NCBI GenBank assembly: GCA_039803205.1
Contig: JBDRYB010000006.1
Coordinates: 45,331 to 109,330, forward strand
Direction: 5' to 3'
Origin: a candidate division WOR-3 bacterium
Lineage (GTDB): Bacteria; Hydrothermota; Hydrothermia; JBDRYB01
Length of the DNA: 64,000 bases
Shown here: piece by piece, positions 1-8,966 of the stretch
Layout of the letters: every line of letters begins with the position of its first letter
Position numbering within the stretch: position 1 is the stretch's first letter
Position numbers and translations under genes: made by a program
The notes under the pieces: generated by a model
The model's input: the letters and a program-made list of their open reading frames with translations, nothing else
The model's database searches: none
Told to the model about the DNA's origin: nothing

Positions 1-1059
1 GTTGGTGCCCCCGATGAAGATGTTTCCTAAGGAATCAAGAGCTATTAACCTTGCTCCTTCGCGGCTGTCCCAACCGGGATTGACATCAAGTTTCCATTTT
101 TCGTTCCCTATGGTATCTACACACATTATCTCCCAGCAATCGGGCCCACCGCCGCCGGTTAGGTAAAGGTTCCCCTTCTTATCTACTGCCATGTTACTAA
201 CACTCTGTTCCACCGGGCCTACATATTCTTTAATCCAATCAGTATTCCCGGTGGCCGTGTCCAGCCTCGTCAACCAGGCTGTTCCGGTTCCACTCCCGGA
301 CATATAAAGCCATTCACCAAAGAGAGCCATCGCCTCTGCACTGCGTTCTACCATAGTGCTTTCTGCCCTGATCCAAAGGGGATTCCCACTCGTATCCAAT
401 TTTATAGCGAGAGGAAGCGGCATTGGACACGAACCAAATATGTCTGTTCTGAACCCCACCATGTAAGAATTCCCTTCCCCATCAACCGAAAAGTCATGTG
501 CCTGATCCATCCTGTGAAATGGCCCATCATATACAAAACACCACTTGAGGTTCCCGAAAGTATCAAGGGAGAACACGAGAACATCCATAACGGTAGCGGG
601 CTCATCTACATCACCTACAACGAGGAGATCTCCTGTGGGACCTATTGCGATTACGCCTGAACCGTTGTCCGGAAGGCTATCAAGGATATAAGACCAGATA
701 GGGAGCCCGCTGAAGGGATTAAGCTTGAGGACCCAGGATGAAAACACGGTGTCCGCACCGGGGAGGATCACGCTTCCTACGGTGTATATGCCTGAGTGGG
801 TCGGGAGTGCACTGCACATTACGCTCCAGTCGTAAGATACGGTGTCCTGATGAAACTGCCAGAGAGTATATCCATCATGGGTTAAGGCCCATGCTACAGC
901 GTGAGGATCCAGATAAGGCCTTGAGAGGCCCACCCCCAAAAGAAACCCCTGTGGGGTTTTCATGAAGCAGTCTGAGCCCAAGGTCTTCCCCGGCCTCATC
1001 CCATAAAGCCAGACACGCCAATCAACCTGAACCTGAAGGATAAGGGCGAGCAGAATCAT
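1..1059 (-). CDS. Secreted beta-propeller repeat protein (SBBP-like), running off the window edge
   Basis: Not in the ORF track; translated by hand. RBS AGGAGGTG, then ATG at 1059 (MILLALILQVQVDW...), open to position 1. Repeated blades such as VDGEGNSYMVG, VDKKGNLYLTG, LDSLGNIFIGG. Confidence 0.75.
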   Translation of the reverse strand, partial: MILLALILQVQVDWRVWLYGMRPGKTLGSDCFMKTPQGFLLGVGLSRPYLDPHAVAWALTHDGYTLWQFHQDTVSYDWSVMCSALPTHSGIYTVGSVILPGADTVFSSWVLKLNPFSGLPIWSYILDSLPDNGSGVIAIGPTGDLLVVGDVDEPATVMDVLVFSLDTFGNLKWCFVYDGPFHRMDQAHDFSVDGEGNSYMVGFRTDIFGSCPMPLPLAIKLDTSGNPLWIRAESTMVERSAEAMALFGEWLYMSGSGTGTAWLTRLDTATGNTDWIKEYVGPVEQSVSNMAVDKKGNLYLTGGGGPDCWEIMCVDTIGNEKWKLDVNPGWDSREGARLIALDSLGNIFIGGTN

Positions 1060-1339
1060 CCTTCACCTCCTTCATATCCATATTATAAGAGAAAACAGGG
1101 GGCCGCGCAAGGATCAGTACCCCGTAGCAGTCGTAGATGTATACAGTGAGGTCTATCATCGGCCAGACGCTCGCGGTAACCGTTCCATGCACATCCTTCG
1201 GGGGTGGAGGCGGTGTTTGCCCATCCGGATCCACTCCCATTGTTTCGGCTCCCTCTGTCTCCTCAGGCATGTTCTTTTGGCACCCTATTGCCACCAGGAT
1301 GCCCATCACCATCATGCTTGCTCGTATGAGCTCCTTCAT
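1022..1339 (-). pseudogene. Lipoprotein, apparently 3'-truncated
   Basis: RBS GAGGAGG and lipobox (MKELIRAS...LVAIGC), Pro-rich linker. The frame then runs through the -10 box and RBS of the next gene before stopping. Confidence 0.45.
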
Positions 1340-1570
1340 CCTAAAAACCTCCTCGTTTTTCTGGCGGGTCCAGGCCCGCGGCCCCAAATTATGCTCTGTT
1401 GTGTGTGTGTCAAGTGGTGAAATTTTGGCTTTTTAATGCGCTATTTGGCGATCTCGTTCGGGAAATCCCGTCTAAGACCGCACAGCTAAATATACCCTTG
1501 GGCCAAACCAGGTTGAAACCAGCTCCTCATTTGTTTTAAGCTTTTCGGGCAACAAAAAGGGGTAAGGAGC

Positions 1571-2560
1571 TTGGATGAGATAGTTCTATTGAGCGGAACC
1601 ACATGCGTTCCCCTTATGAACAAGGTTAGCCTCTGTCTTGATATTGAGCCAGGGGACTTTCTGATAGGGCGATTCGCTGACGGGGAGGTGAGGGTCCAGA
1701 TAAAGAGGAACATAAGGGGAAGGGATGTTTATGTGATCCAATCAACGGGCGCTCCGGCGGAGAACCTTCTTGAACTGCTTCTCCTCATAGACGCGGCAAA
1801 GAGGGCATCAGCCGCTCGCGTGACAGCGGTAATACCCTATTTCGGATATGCCAGGCAGGACAGAAAGGCCGAGCCTCGTGTTCCCATATCCGCGAAGCTG
1901 GTCGCGAACTTCATTGAGGTCGCTGGTGCGGACAGGGTTCTCACGGTTGACCTTCACGCTGACCAGATACAGGGGTTCTTTGATGTGCCAGTTGACAACC
2001 TATACGCGACCCCTATCTTCAAGCCATACATTGACCGTCTCATCTCCGAGGGGAAATGGATGGTTGTAGCGCCGGATGTTGGGAGCTCAAAGAGGGCATA
2101 CAGGTTCGCTGAGATACTCGGCAATTTGCCAATTGCCCTGGTTGACAAGCGCAGGGTGAGGCCGAACGAGGTAGAATCCGTGAGGCTCATAGGCGAGGTA
2201 GAGGGAATGAACTGCCTTCTCGTTGATGACATAATTGATTCCGGGGGTTCGCTGAGGAAGGCCTCGGCCACGCTCAAGGAACACGGCGCAAACAGAATAT
2301 TTGCGGCCGTAACCCACGGCGTCTTTTCCGGAAATGCCAAAGAAACCCTGTCCAAAAGCGGAATTGAGGGCATATTGGTCACCAACACCCTGCCGCCCCG
2401 GGACGAGAGGCTCCCAACCAACGCGAGGGTCTTGGATATATCTCCCCTGCTCGCTGAGGCCATAAGGAGGATACACGAAAACCGCTCCGTTTCGGAGCTC
2501 TTCATAGGAAAAGAATCATGGAAAACCTTAGGCTTGTGGCAGAACATAGAGAAGGTTTAG
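1571..2560 (+). CDS. prs: Ribose-phosphate pyrophosphokinase
   Basis: Motifs FADGE, PYFGYARQDRK, DLHADQIQGFF, VDDIIDSGGS; upstream of rplY-pth. Confidence 0.97.
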   Translation: MDEIVLLSGTTCVPLMNKVSLCLDIEPGDFLIGRFADGEVRVQIKRNIRGRDVYVIQSTGAPAENLLELLLLIDAAKRASAARVTAVIPYFGYARQDRKAEPRVPISAKLVANFIEVAGADRVLTVDLHADQIQGFFDVPVDNLYATPIFKPYIDRLISEGKWMVVAPDVGSSKRAYRFAEILGNLPIALVDKRRVRPNEVESVRLIGEVEGMNCLLVDDIIDSGGSLRKASATLKEHGANRIFAAVTHGVFSGNAKETLSKSGIEGILVTNTLPPRDERLPTNARVLDISPLLAEAIRRIHENRSVSELFIGKESWKTLGLWQNIEKV

Positions 2561-3150
2561 GCAAGGGACATTGCCGCAGAATCCGAAAGGCGGGCTGGAT
2601 CCCAGCGGTTATGTATGGTATGGGCGAGAAAAGCGTGGCCATAAAAATACCGGAAAACGAGATCCTAACCATCCTAAGAAGAACAGGCGGAGAGAGGGTT
2701 CTCGTTGACCTAATTATAGGGGATGAGGCCAAGCTGGCAACGATACAGGATGTCCAGCGCGATCCCGTCACTGGTAAGGTCATACATGTGGACTTCTTCC
2801 TGCTCCAGAGGGACAAAGAGGTGGAAATAGAGATACCCATAACTACAAAGGGCATAGCTCCTGGGGTCAAGAAGGGTGGGATACTTGATGTGATAACCCA
2901 CTCCCTCAGGATAAAAGCCCTTCCGCAGAACATACCACCTCACATAGAGATTGATATATCCGGACTTGATGTCGGCGGGGTAATTCATGTGAGAGACCTA
3001 TCCCTGCCCGGGGTTCACATATTGAATCCGCCGGATCAACCAGTGGTCTCTGTCCTCGCCCCGCGGGTCGCGGTTGAGAAACCCTCCGAGGAGGCTGAGG
3101 CTGAGGGGGCCGAGAAGCCTGAGGCTGAGGGAGAGACAGAAACCAAATGA
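2518..3150 (+). CDS. rplY: 50S ribosomal protein L25 (CTC type)
   Basis: R..G.IPAVMYG, Q.DPV...HVDF, GVKKGG; acidic tail. Confidence 0.96.
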   Translation: MENLRLVAEHREGLGKGHCRRIRKAGWIPAVMYGMGEKSVAIKIPENEILTILRRTGGERVLVDLIIGDEAKLATIQDVQRDPVTGKVIHVDFFLLQRDKEVEIEIPITTKGIAPGVKKGGILDVITHSLRIKALPQNIPPHIEIDISGLDVGGVIHVRDLSLPGVHILNPPDQPVVSVLAPRVAVEKPSEEAEAEGAEKPEAEGETETK

Positions 3151-3740
3151 GGGCAATCGTGGGCCTCGGCAATCCGGGGCCCATTTATTCCCTGACCAGG
3201 CACAACATAGGCCACATGCTCGTGGATTTCTATGCGCAAAGAGAGGGCATGAGGCTCACGGCTGGCAAGGGGGATTTTCTGGCCGGGCTGAAAGCCGAGC
3301 TCTGGGTTGTTAAAACAACATGCTACATGAATGTGTCCGGAATAGCCGTCGCACAATTCCTGGAAGAAACAAGCCTTGCCCCATCCGACATTCTCGTCAT
3401 ATACGATGATGCCGCTCTCCCGTTCGGCAAGCTGAGGCTGAGGCCCCGGGGAGGCTCAGGCGGGCATCGTGGCATGGAATCCGTTATATACCATCTGGGG
3501 ACAGAGGGGATCCCGAGGCTCAGGATGGGAATAGGCCCTCCTCCGAAAGGTGTTTTTCTCAGAGATTTCGTCCTGTCCAGGTTCTCAAAGGCCGAAGAAG
3601 CGCTCTTGCCAGAGTTCCTTGAGGCGGGGGCCAGGTGCGTTGATCTCTGGCTCTCTGATCCCGAGCGGGCGCCGGGCGCCTGTGGGGAATTATCGGTGGA
3701 GAACCAAACGAATACAGAAGAGGACAGGCCCAACCCATAG
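3147..3740 (+). CDS. pth: Peptidyl-tRNA hydrolase
   Basis: IVGLGNPG..Y..TRHNIG, YMNVSG, GGSGGHRG, RLRMGIG. Confidence 0.96.
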   Translation: MRAIVGLGNPGPIYSLTRHNIGHMLVDFYAQREGMRLTAGKGDFLAGLKAELWVVKTTCYMNVSGIAVAQFLEETSLAPSDILVIYDDAALPFGKLRLRPRGGSGGHRGMESVIYHLGTEGIPRLRMGIGPPPKGVFLRDFVLSRFSKAEEALLPEFLEAGARCVDLWLSDPERAPGACGELSVENQTNTEEDRPNP

Positions 3741-3889
3741 GATCTCGGGTGTACTGCTTCATAAGCGCCAAAAGCCTCTGCGACAGAAGCATCTTTTAAC
3801 GAGTTCAACCCTCTTGTCTCCCAAACCAGATCCCGCGCCACTTCATCCACAATCTGGCCTTCGTATGGGGCTCTGGGCTCCATTCCTCC

Positions 3890-4276
3890 CTATTCCCAGG
3901 GCAATTCCTTGAAATAGACAGCCCTCGCTGTGTCAGCTTCAAGGACCAAATAGACCCAGGCTCCAGCGTATATGGGGTGGTGCTTGCGCAGAGGGCCGCC
4001 GAGAGCGGGAAAAAAGAACCAGAAAACACTGGTATCTCCCTCAAAGCCAATTCCCTTGAAATCAGGTTCGCCCAGCTTGAACCCTAGGCTATCCTCAAGA
4101 ACAGAGCGAACAGGATTGATGAACCTTCTCAGCGCGGCCCTCGCGTCCTCGGAATAGTATGAGCTCTCGCCGAAGATCATTGGATTAGGATAAGCCCCCC
4201 TCAGAACCGGAGCCCGTGGCCCCCCGCCAGCGCAGGCCAGGAAAATGACCGGAAAAATAAGGACAAGCTTTCTCAC
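3890..4276 (-). CDS. Hypothetical lipoprotein
   Basis: Start refined to GTG 4276 (TATCCT-N6-GTG), giving MRKLVLIFPVIFLAC with a lipobox. Confidence 0.6.
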   Translation of the reverse strand: MRKLVLIFPVIFLACAGGGPRAPVLRGAYPNPMIFGESSYYSEDARAALRRFINPVRSVLEDSLGFKLGEPDFKGIGFEGDTSVFWFFFPALGGPLRKHHPIYAGAWVYLVLEADTARAVYFKELPWE

Positions 4277-4375
4277 CCGCAAAGGATAAAGCTTGGAGAA
4301 CCCCTGAGGAAACGACTGATTAGGAAACATTTCAGGAAACATTTTTCATTATAATGTAGGCTCGCGAGGTAGGTT

Positions 4376-4540
4376 ATGAGTATTTTTCACGAATTTGCCG
4401 AGAGGCTCATTTTGTTTGGGGTCGTTGCACACACGGCCCTGGTTCTGGGCTTTGTTGGAATCGTCCTCCTCACAGGAGGGCATGGAAACCCGAAACCAGG
4501 AAACATTGCTCACATGGAGGTGAAGGCATGCTCTCGTTGA
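4376..4540 (+). CDS. Small single-pass membrane protein (54 aa)
   Basis: Below the ORF-track cutoff. TATAAT at about 4350, RBS GAGGT, then MSIFHEFAERLILFGVVAHTALVLGFVGIVLLTGG...; overlaps the start of the subtilase gene. Confidence 0.5.
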   Translation: MSIFHEFAERLILFGVVAHTALVLGFVGIVLLTGGHGNPKPGNIAHMEVKACSR

Positions 4541-5889
4541 TTCTGGCACTCGTATCCCAGGGAAGGTTCATAGTCCACTTTTCTTCCGCGTCTGACATGC
4601 AGATGGCCTTGCCCGCGCTCGCAGAGAAGGCCCAGGTGATAAAGACGGTCTCCAGGGCCCTGAATTTTGCTGTGGTCATCACAGAGGATCCGGACGCCCT
4701 GAGAGGACTGCCCGGGGTCATCCTCGTTGAACCGGATGGCCAGGTCTACTCGCTCTACACCCCGAACGACTCAATCTGGCCCCAGCAGTGGGGCCCCCCG
4801 AACATACATTGCCCTGAGGCCTGGGACCTCACCTTCGGCGATAGCGCTGTGAGGGTCGGTGTCCTTGACGAGGGCATTGATTATCTGCACCCTGACCTGG
4901 CTCCTCATTTCGGCTCGAACCCCGGCTATGACTTTGTTGACGAGGACCCTGACCCCGCGCCTGATTGGGGCCTATACCACGAGATCCACGGCCAGCATGT
5001 AGCTGGAATCCTCGCGGCAGTCACGGGAAATGGGATATACATGGCAGGGGTCGCGATGTGCCATCTCTATGCCCTTCGTGTCCTTGATTCCATGGGGGTG
5101 GGCTGGAACTCCGATATAGCTGAGGCCATCCTCTGGGCCGCGGATTCCGGGCTTCATGTGATAAACATGAGCCTCGGGGGCACATCCTCATCAGCAGTTC
5201 TGAGGAACGCCTGCGACACAGCTTTCGCGAGGGGCGTTCTCCTTCTCGCGGCCTCAGGAAATAACGGAGCAAATTACATCCTTTATCCCGCGGCATACGA
5301 GAGCGTCATTGCTGTTGGTGCAACGGATTCCACGAACAACCTCTGGGGGAACAGCAACTACGGGGACGAGCAGGAGCTCGTCGCACCAGGTGTGGATATA
5401 ATCTCCATAATGCCATACGGTAACCTCTTCTATGGCGAATACCTGACCGTCTCCGGAACATCAATGGCTTGTCCTCATGCGGCAGGGGTCGCGGCGCTGG
5501 TTAAGGCGCAGTTCCCTGGTATGACGAACTCTGACATCAGACAGAGGCTCAGAGAAACCTCGGTTGACCTGGGCGACCCGGGCTGGGACATGTATTATGG
5601 CTATGGCAAGGTTGATGCATACAGGGCACTCGTCGGGGTTGAGGAATTGGCCGGGAAACCAGGAGTCTCTATGATATCCGGGCCCACGGTGGTTTCTGGC
5701 CCCGCGGAGTTCGGATATAGCGGGCCAGGCATCAGTCTCTTTGATCCATCCGGCCGAAGGATAGCCGGGCTTTCCAGAAAAGGAGACAGGTTCTTCCTTG
5801 ATCCGGATGGAATGGCACAGGGCGTATATTTCCTAGTGGGAGAGGGGTCCAATGCCCCGGTGAAAAAGATAATCCTGAAGGAGAGATAG
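4528..5889 (+). CDS. S8 subtilase (thermitase-like) with T9SS-type C-terminal domain
   Basis: Catalytic triad motifs VLDEG, HGQHVAG, GTSMACP, oxyanion AASGN; C-terminal FD.SGR...GVYF...K motif. Confidence 0.92.
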   Translation: MLSLILALVSQGRFIVHFSSASDMQMALPALAEKAQVIKTVSRALNFAVVITEDPDALRGLPGVILVEPDGQVYSLYTPNDSIWPQQWGPPNIHCPEAWDLTFGDSAVRVGVLDEGIDYLHPDLAPHFGSNPGYDFVDEDPDPAPDWGLYHEIHGQHVAGILAAVTGNGIYMAGVAMCHLYALRVLDSMGVGWNSDIAEAILWAADSGLHVINMSLGGTSSSAVLRNACDTAFARGVLLLAASGNNGANYILYPAAYESVIAVGATDSTNNLWGNSNYGDEQELVAPGVDIISIMPYGNLFYGEYLTVSGTSMACPHAAGVAALVKAQFPGMTNSDIRQRLRETSVDLGDPGWDMYYGYGKVDAYRALVGVEELAGKPGVSMISGPTVVSGPAEFGYSGPGISLFDPSGRRIAGLSRKGDRFFLDPDGMAQGVYFLVGEGSNAPVKKIILKER

Positions 5890-7491
5890 ATGACCGGAAT
5901 CCTCTTGCTCATGTTATCAGCGGAACCGACCAGGTGCGCTACTCCCTTGGTATACGAGCGGCAGACCCAGGCCGCGCTGGTTCCGAAAACCTGGGGCAAA
6001 AGACCAAAAGCAGGGCCCAGCGAAGGGGACACGGTCCTCCTATGGGTCATGGACCTCTCGGTAATGCCGCCGGACTGGAAAAAGATACCATTCGTTTGCA
6101 TGAGGGTCACCCAGGACGCATACATAATGGTTGATGCCGCGGCTCTAGATTCCGGGTATGTGACCACCACGACCGTGGACTCCATAGAATCCGCTTTCCA
6201 GGACAAAAGCCTCGGGCCTTGGCCCGACACGGGAATATATGTCATAGACACCTCCGCTTTTGGCCCTCCGCCGGACGAGCTTGACGCTGACCCCAGGATA
6301 TATCTCCTCTACTACATCATAGAGGGCTACATGGGATACCAATTTGATGGGTATTTCAACTTTGCGGACGAGTATCCGGACTCCGTGGCTTGGAATCATT
6401 GGGGGATGCACTCCAACGAGCGGGAGTGCATATACCTGGACTGCCACAATGAATCCCCCGCGACCCCGCGAATGCTCGGCGTCCTGGCTCACGAGTTCCA
6501 GCACCTCATACACTGGCTCGGGGATGCGGACGAAACACCCTGGGTCAACGAGGGTTGCTCTGAGCTCGCCATGTTCCTATACGGAGCGCCTGACCCAATA
6601 GTTGAGTTCCCGGGCAATCCGGACAACAGCCTGGTCACATGGTCAACCGGCTTCTCCGACTATGTGAAGGTCTATCTCTGGACACTATACCTCTACGAGC
6701 AGTTTGATTCGGGCTTCGCGCTCACGAGGGCGCTCGTCGATGAGAACGCGAACTCTGTTTTCGGGGTGGAGAATGCCCTTTCTGGCCAGGGCGTGCCAGG
6801 AATGACCGAGGCCTTCTCCATGTGGGTCCTGGCTAATTACCTTGATGATACGGGAACCTACGGCTACTATGGTGAGGACCTCCCACCCTTCGCTCACCAG
6901 GGGAGCTACAGCTCTTATCCAGTTGGGCCGGTCTCAAAAACAGTCCACCTTTGGGCCGCTGACTACATAAGGTTCACGAATGTTCCTGACGGCTTGCAGT
7001 TTACCTTTAACGGCCAAGATGGAAAGCATTTCTTTTTGCTTGCTATGCTCTTCGATTCGTCGGGACCGACCATGATATATGACATCTCACCGTCAAACGC
7101 GAACCAGGACACAACCGTGTATTTCTCGGAGGTAGGTTATCAGTATTACAAAGCGGTTATCGCGATAGCAGGATATCCCGATCCCTTGTCCGGAGACTCG
7201 TCAAACCAGAGCTACACATTTTGGGCTAACGGGACAGGCACGGACGAAGGCTCACGCTCCGAAAAACTCCGCTTCTGGTCAGATGGAAAGGGGGTCTTCC
7301 TTGGCCTACCATATGAGGAAGCAGTATCCATCAGGGTCTACGATGCTGGAGGTCGGATGATCCAAGGGCTCCACGAAGGGACCCTTGCCGCCGGAAACCA
7401 TGAATTCACCCTGGATCCGTGGCCAAGGGGCATCCGTTTTGTGGTTCTCAGATACGAGGGGAAGAACCTCAGCCTGAAAATAGTTCACTAA
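5890..7491 (+). CDS. Secreted zinc metallopeptidase (M30/M6-like) with T9SS-type CTD
   Basis: LAHEFQHLIH...WVNEG zinc motif; C-terminal VYDAGGR...K. Confidence 0.75.
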   Translation: MTGILLLMLSAEPTRCATPLVYERQTQAALVPKTWGKRPKAGPSEGDTVLLWVMDLSVMPPDWKKIPFVCMRVTQDAYIMVDAAALDSGYVTTTTVDSIESAFQDKSLGPWPDTGIYVIDTSAFGPPPDELDADPRIYLLYYIIEGYMGYQFDGYFNFADEYPDSVAWNHWGMHSNERECIYLDCHNESPATPRMLGVLAHEFQHLIHWLGDADETPWVNEGCSELAMFLYGAPDPIVEFPGNPDNSLVTWSTGFSDYVKVYLWTLYLYEQFDSGFALTRALVDENANSVFGVENALSGQGVPGMTEAFSMWVLANYLDDTGTYGYYGEDLPPFAHQGSYSSYPVGPVSKTVHLWAADYIRFTNVPDGLQFTFNGQDGKHFFLLAMLFDSSGPTMIYDISPSNANQDTTVYFSEVGYQYYKAVIAIAGYPDPLSGDSSNQSYTFWANGTGTDEGSRSEKLRFWSDGKGVFLGLPYEEAVSIRVYDAGGRMIQGLHEGTLAAGNHEFTLDPWPRGIRFVVLRYEGKNLSLKIVH

Positions 7492-7495
7492 CCCC

Positions 7496-7541
7496 AAAAG
7501 CCCCGGTTCAAATTTCGCTCACCTCTCAGACCGGGGTTTTT
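7496..7541. terminator. Bidirectional-type intrinsic terminator
   Basis: AAAAGCCCCGGT(TC)...(G)ACCGGGGTTTTT inverted repeat right after the peptidase stop codon. Confidence 0.6.
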
Positions 7542-7547
7542 CAGTTC

Positions 7548-7646
7548 GGCTTGGGAAATCTTGAGGTGCCCACGAATCAGCCCCGTCGCTGAGCCAAGGG
7601 GCTAATCCGAACACGATAGCTTGTTGCATCACCAGATTCCCCTGCC
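7548..7646 (-). ncRNA. Unassigned structured RNA candidate (about 100 nt long hairpin)
   Basis: Nested stems on the minus strand: GGGAATCT/AGATTTCCC, GTGTTC/GGGCAC, GGATTAGCCCC/GGGGCTGATTC. The G-U pairs work only on the minus strand. Followed by the terminator. Confidence 0.35.
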
Positions 7647-7684
7647 TTAAAATTTCCCGCGAACCCGCAGAGGAGGGAAAAGAA

Positions 7685-8323
7685 ATGAGGAACTTTCTGC
7701 TCCTGAGCATGGTGTTTCTGGCTCTGGTTGGCTGTAAAAAGAAGCCAGAAGGGCCGGACGAGTTCACGAAGGCGTATCTTGCGGCTGGGGACCTGGGCGC
7801 GGAGGATCCTGAGCTGGGCGCTGATAGCCTGTATTCCCTTTACAAGAACAACCCCAAGTATCCTGACGAGGAGAGGTTGAGGGAGTGCCTTTTCCTCTCA
7901 GCGAACTGGGTCTACGGGAAGATAAGCCAGGTGAGTGAAAAGGACACAGCTGAGCAGACAAGGCTCATGAGGAAGGCCGCGGCCAGATACCAGGAGTTCG
8001 TTGAGAAGTATCCCACAAGCCCCAAGGCTGGCCAGGCATACAAGGACCTCGCTTACTGCCTCTTCATACTCAAGGACTACAGGGGTTGCATTAATGTCTG
8101 CAACACCTGGATAAACGACCCCCTCGCGTCCGCTTCCCCTTATCTCCCATACGCTTACAAATACGCCGGCAGGGCTTATACCTACCTGAACAAGAAGGAC
8201 AGCGCCATAATATACCTGAAGGAGGCATACAAGCTCTTTGATGCCCAGGCATTCCTAGGAGAGGCAAAGGCCATGGAGGAGGACCTGAATAAGCTCGGCG
8301 TTAAAAAGCCATACTATAAGTAA
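7685..8323 (+). CDS. TPR lipoprotein (BamD/CpoB-like helical repeats)
   Basis: Lipobox LALVGC; Y..FVEKYP.SP.A..A TPR pattern. Confidence 0.7.
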   Translation: MRNFLLLSMVFLALVGCKKKPEGPDEFTKAYLAAGDLGAEDPELGADSLYSLYKNNPKYPDEERLRECLFLSANWVYGKISQVSEKDTAEQTRLMRKAAARYQEFVEKYPTSPKAGQAYKDLAYCLFILKDYRGCINVCNTWINDPLASASPYLPYAYKYAGRAYTYLNKKDSAIIYLKEAYKLFDAQAFLGEAKAMEEDLNKLGVKKPYYK

Positions 8324-8360
8324 AACGAAACCTATTTTCATTATCGCTCGCTTGAAATAG

Positions 8361-8966
8361 ATGCGGGTTATTTTGGTCAGACACGGCAAAACTCGCTGGA
8401 ACGAGGAGGGAAGGCTGCAGGGGTGGAAGGGCGAAGCCCTCTCAGAAAGGGGGCTGAGAGAGGTTGAGGAGCTCTCGGAAAGCCTATCACAGTTAAAGCC
8501 TGAAGCAGTTTATTCATCGGACCTCCGGAGAGCGGTCCAGACAGCGGAAATGCTCATGAGATTGAACTCATGGAGGGCCCCCCATGTAATCGATCGCCGT
8601 CTAAGGGAGATAAACCACGGCCTGTGGGAAGGCATGAGGGTCTCGGAGATAATGGACCTCAAGAACATGCAGACGGTTGAGGGGTTCAGGCCCCCAGGAG
8701 GGGAGAGCTTTCGGGATGTGGCCGAAAGGGTCTCAGGGTTCATCTCGGATCTCAGGTCCACTGGCCACAAAGAGGTCATCGTTGTCGGCCATCAGGTATC
8801 AAACGCTGTTTTCTCGCTCCTGGCCATGGGCTTCTCCCCTGACCACAGGGTCTTTGACCTCCTCTCAGCTGGGATGGTCTCCTCGCTGGGCCTCCTCGCT
8901 AACTCCGGCAGGAACCTCATGAGCCTCGTGCAATTCAACACCCAATTTGAGGAGATAAGGCTTTGA
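8361..8966 (+). CDS. Histidine phosphatase family protein
   Basis: LVRHGKT.WN, SSDLRRAVQT, LREINHGLWEG, GGESF. Confidence 0.9.
   Translation: MRVILVRHGKTRWNEEGRLQGWKGEALSERGLREVEELSESLSQLKPEAVYSSDLRRAVQTAEMLMRLNSWRAPHVIDRRLREINHGLWEGMRVSEIMDLKNMQTVEGFRPPGGESFRDVAERVSGFISDLRSTGHKEVIVVGHQVSNAVFSLLAMGFSPDHRVFDLLSAGMVSSLGLLANSGRNLMSLVQFNTQFEEIRL

Noticed and set aside
1..1059. Suspected frameshifted pseudogene (absent from the ORF track)
   Set aside because: Hand translation shows one continuous frame; it is missing only because it runs off the window.
2518..2560. 43-nt prs/rplY overlap as a recoding signal
   Set aside because: Most simply a lost stop codon extending the Prs tail; no slippery site seen.
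7548..7646. SRP RNA or tRNA-Sec
   Set aside because: No SRP domain-IV CAGG/GNRA/AGCAG motif and no T-loop or cloverleaf; left unassigned.
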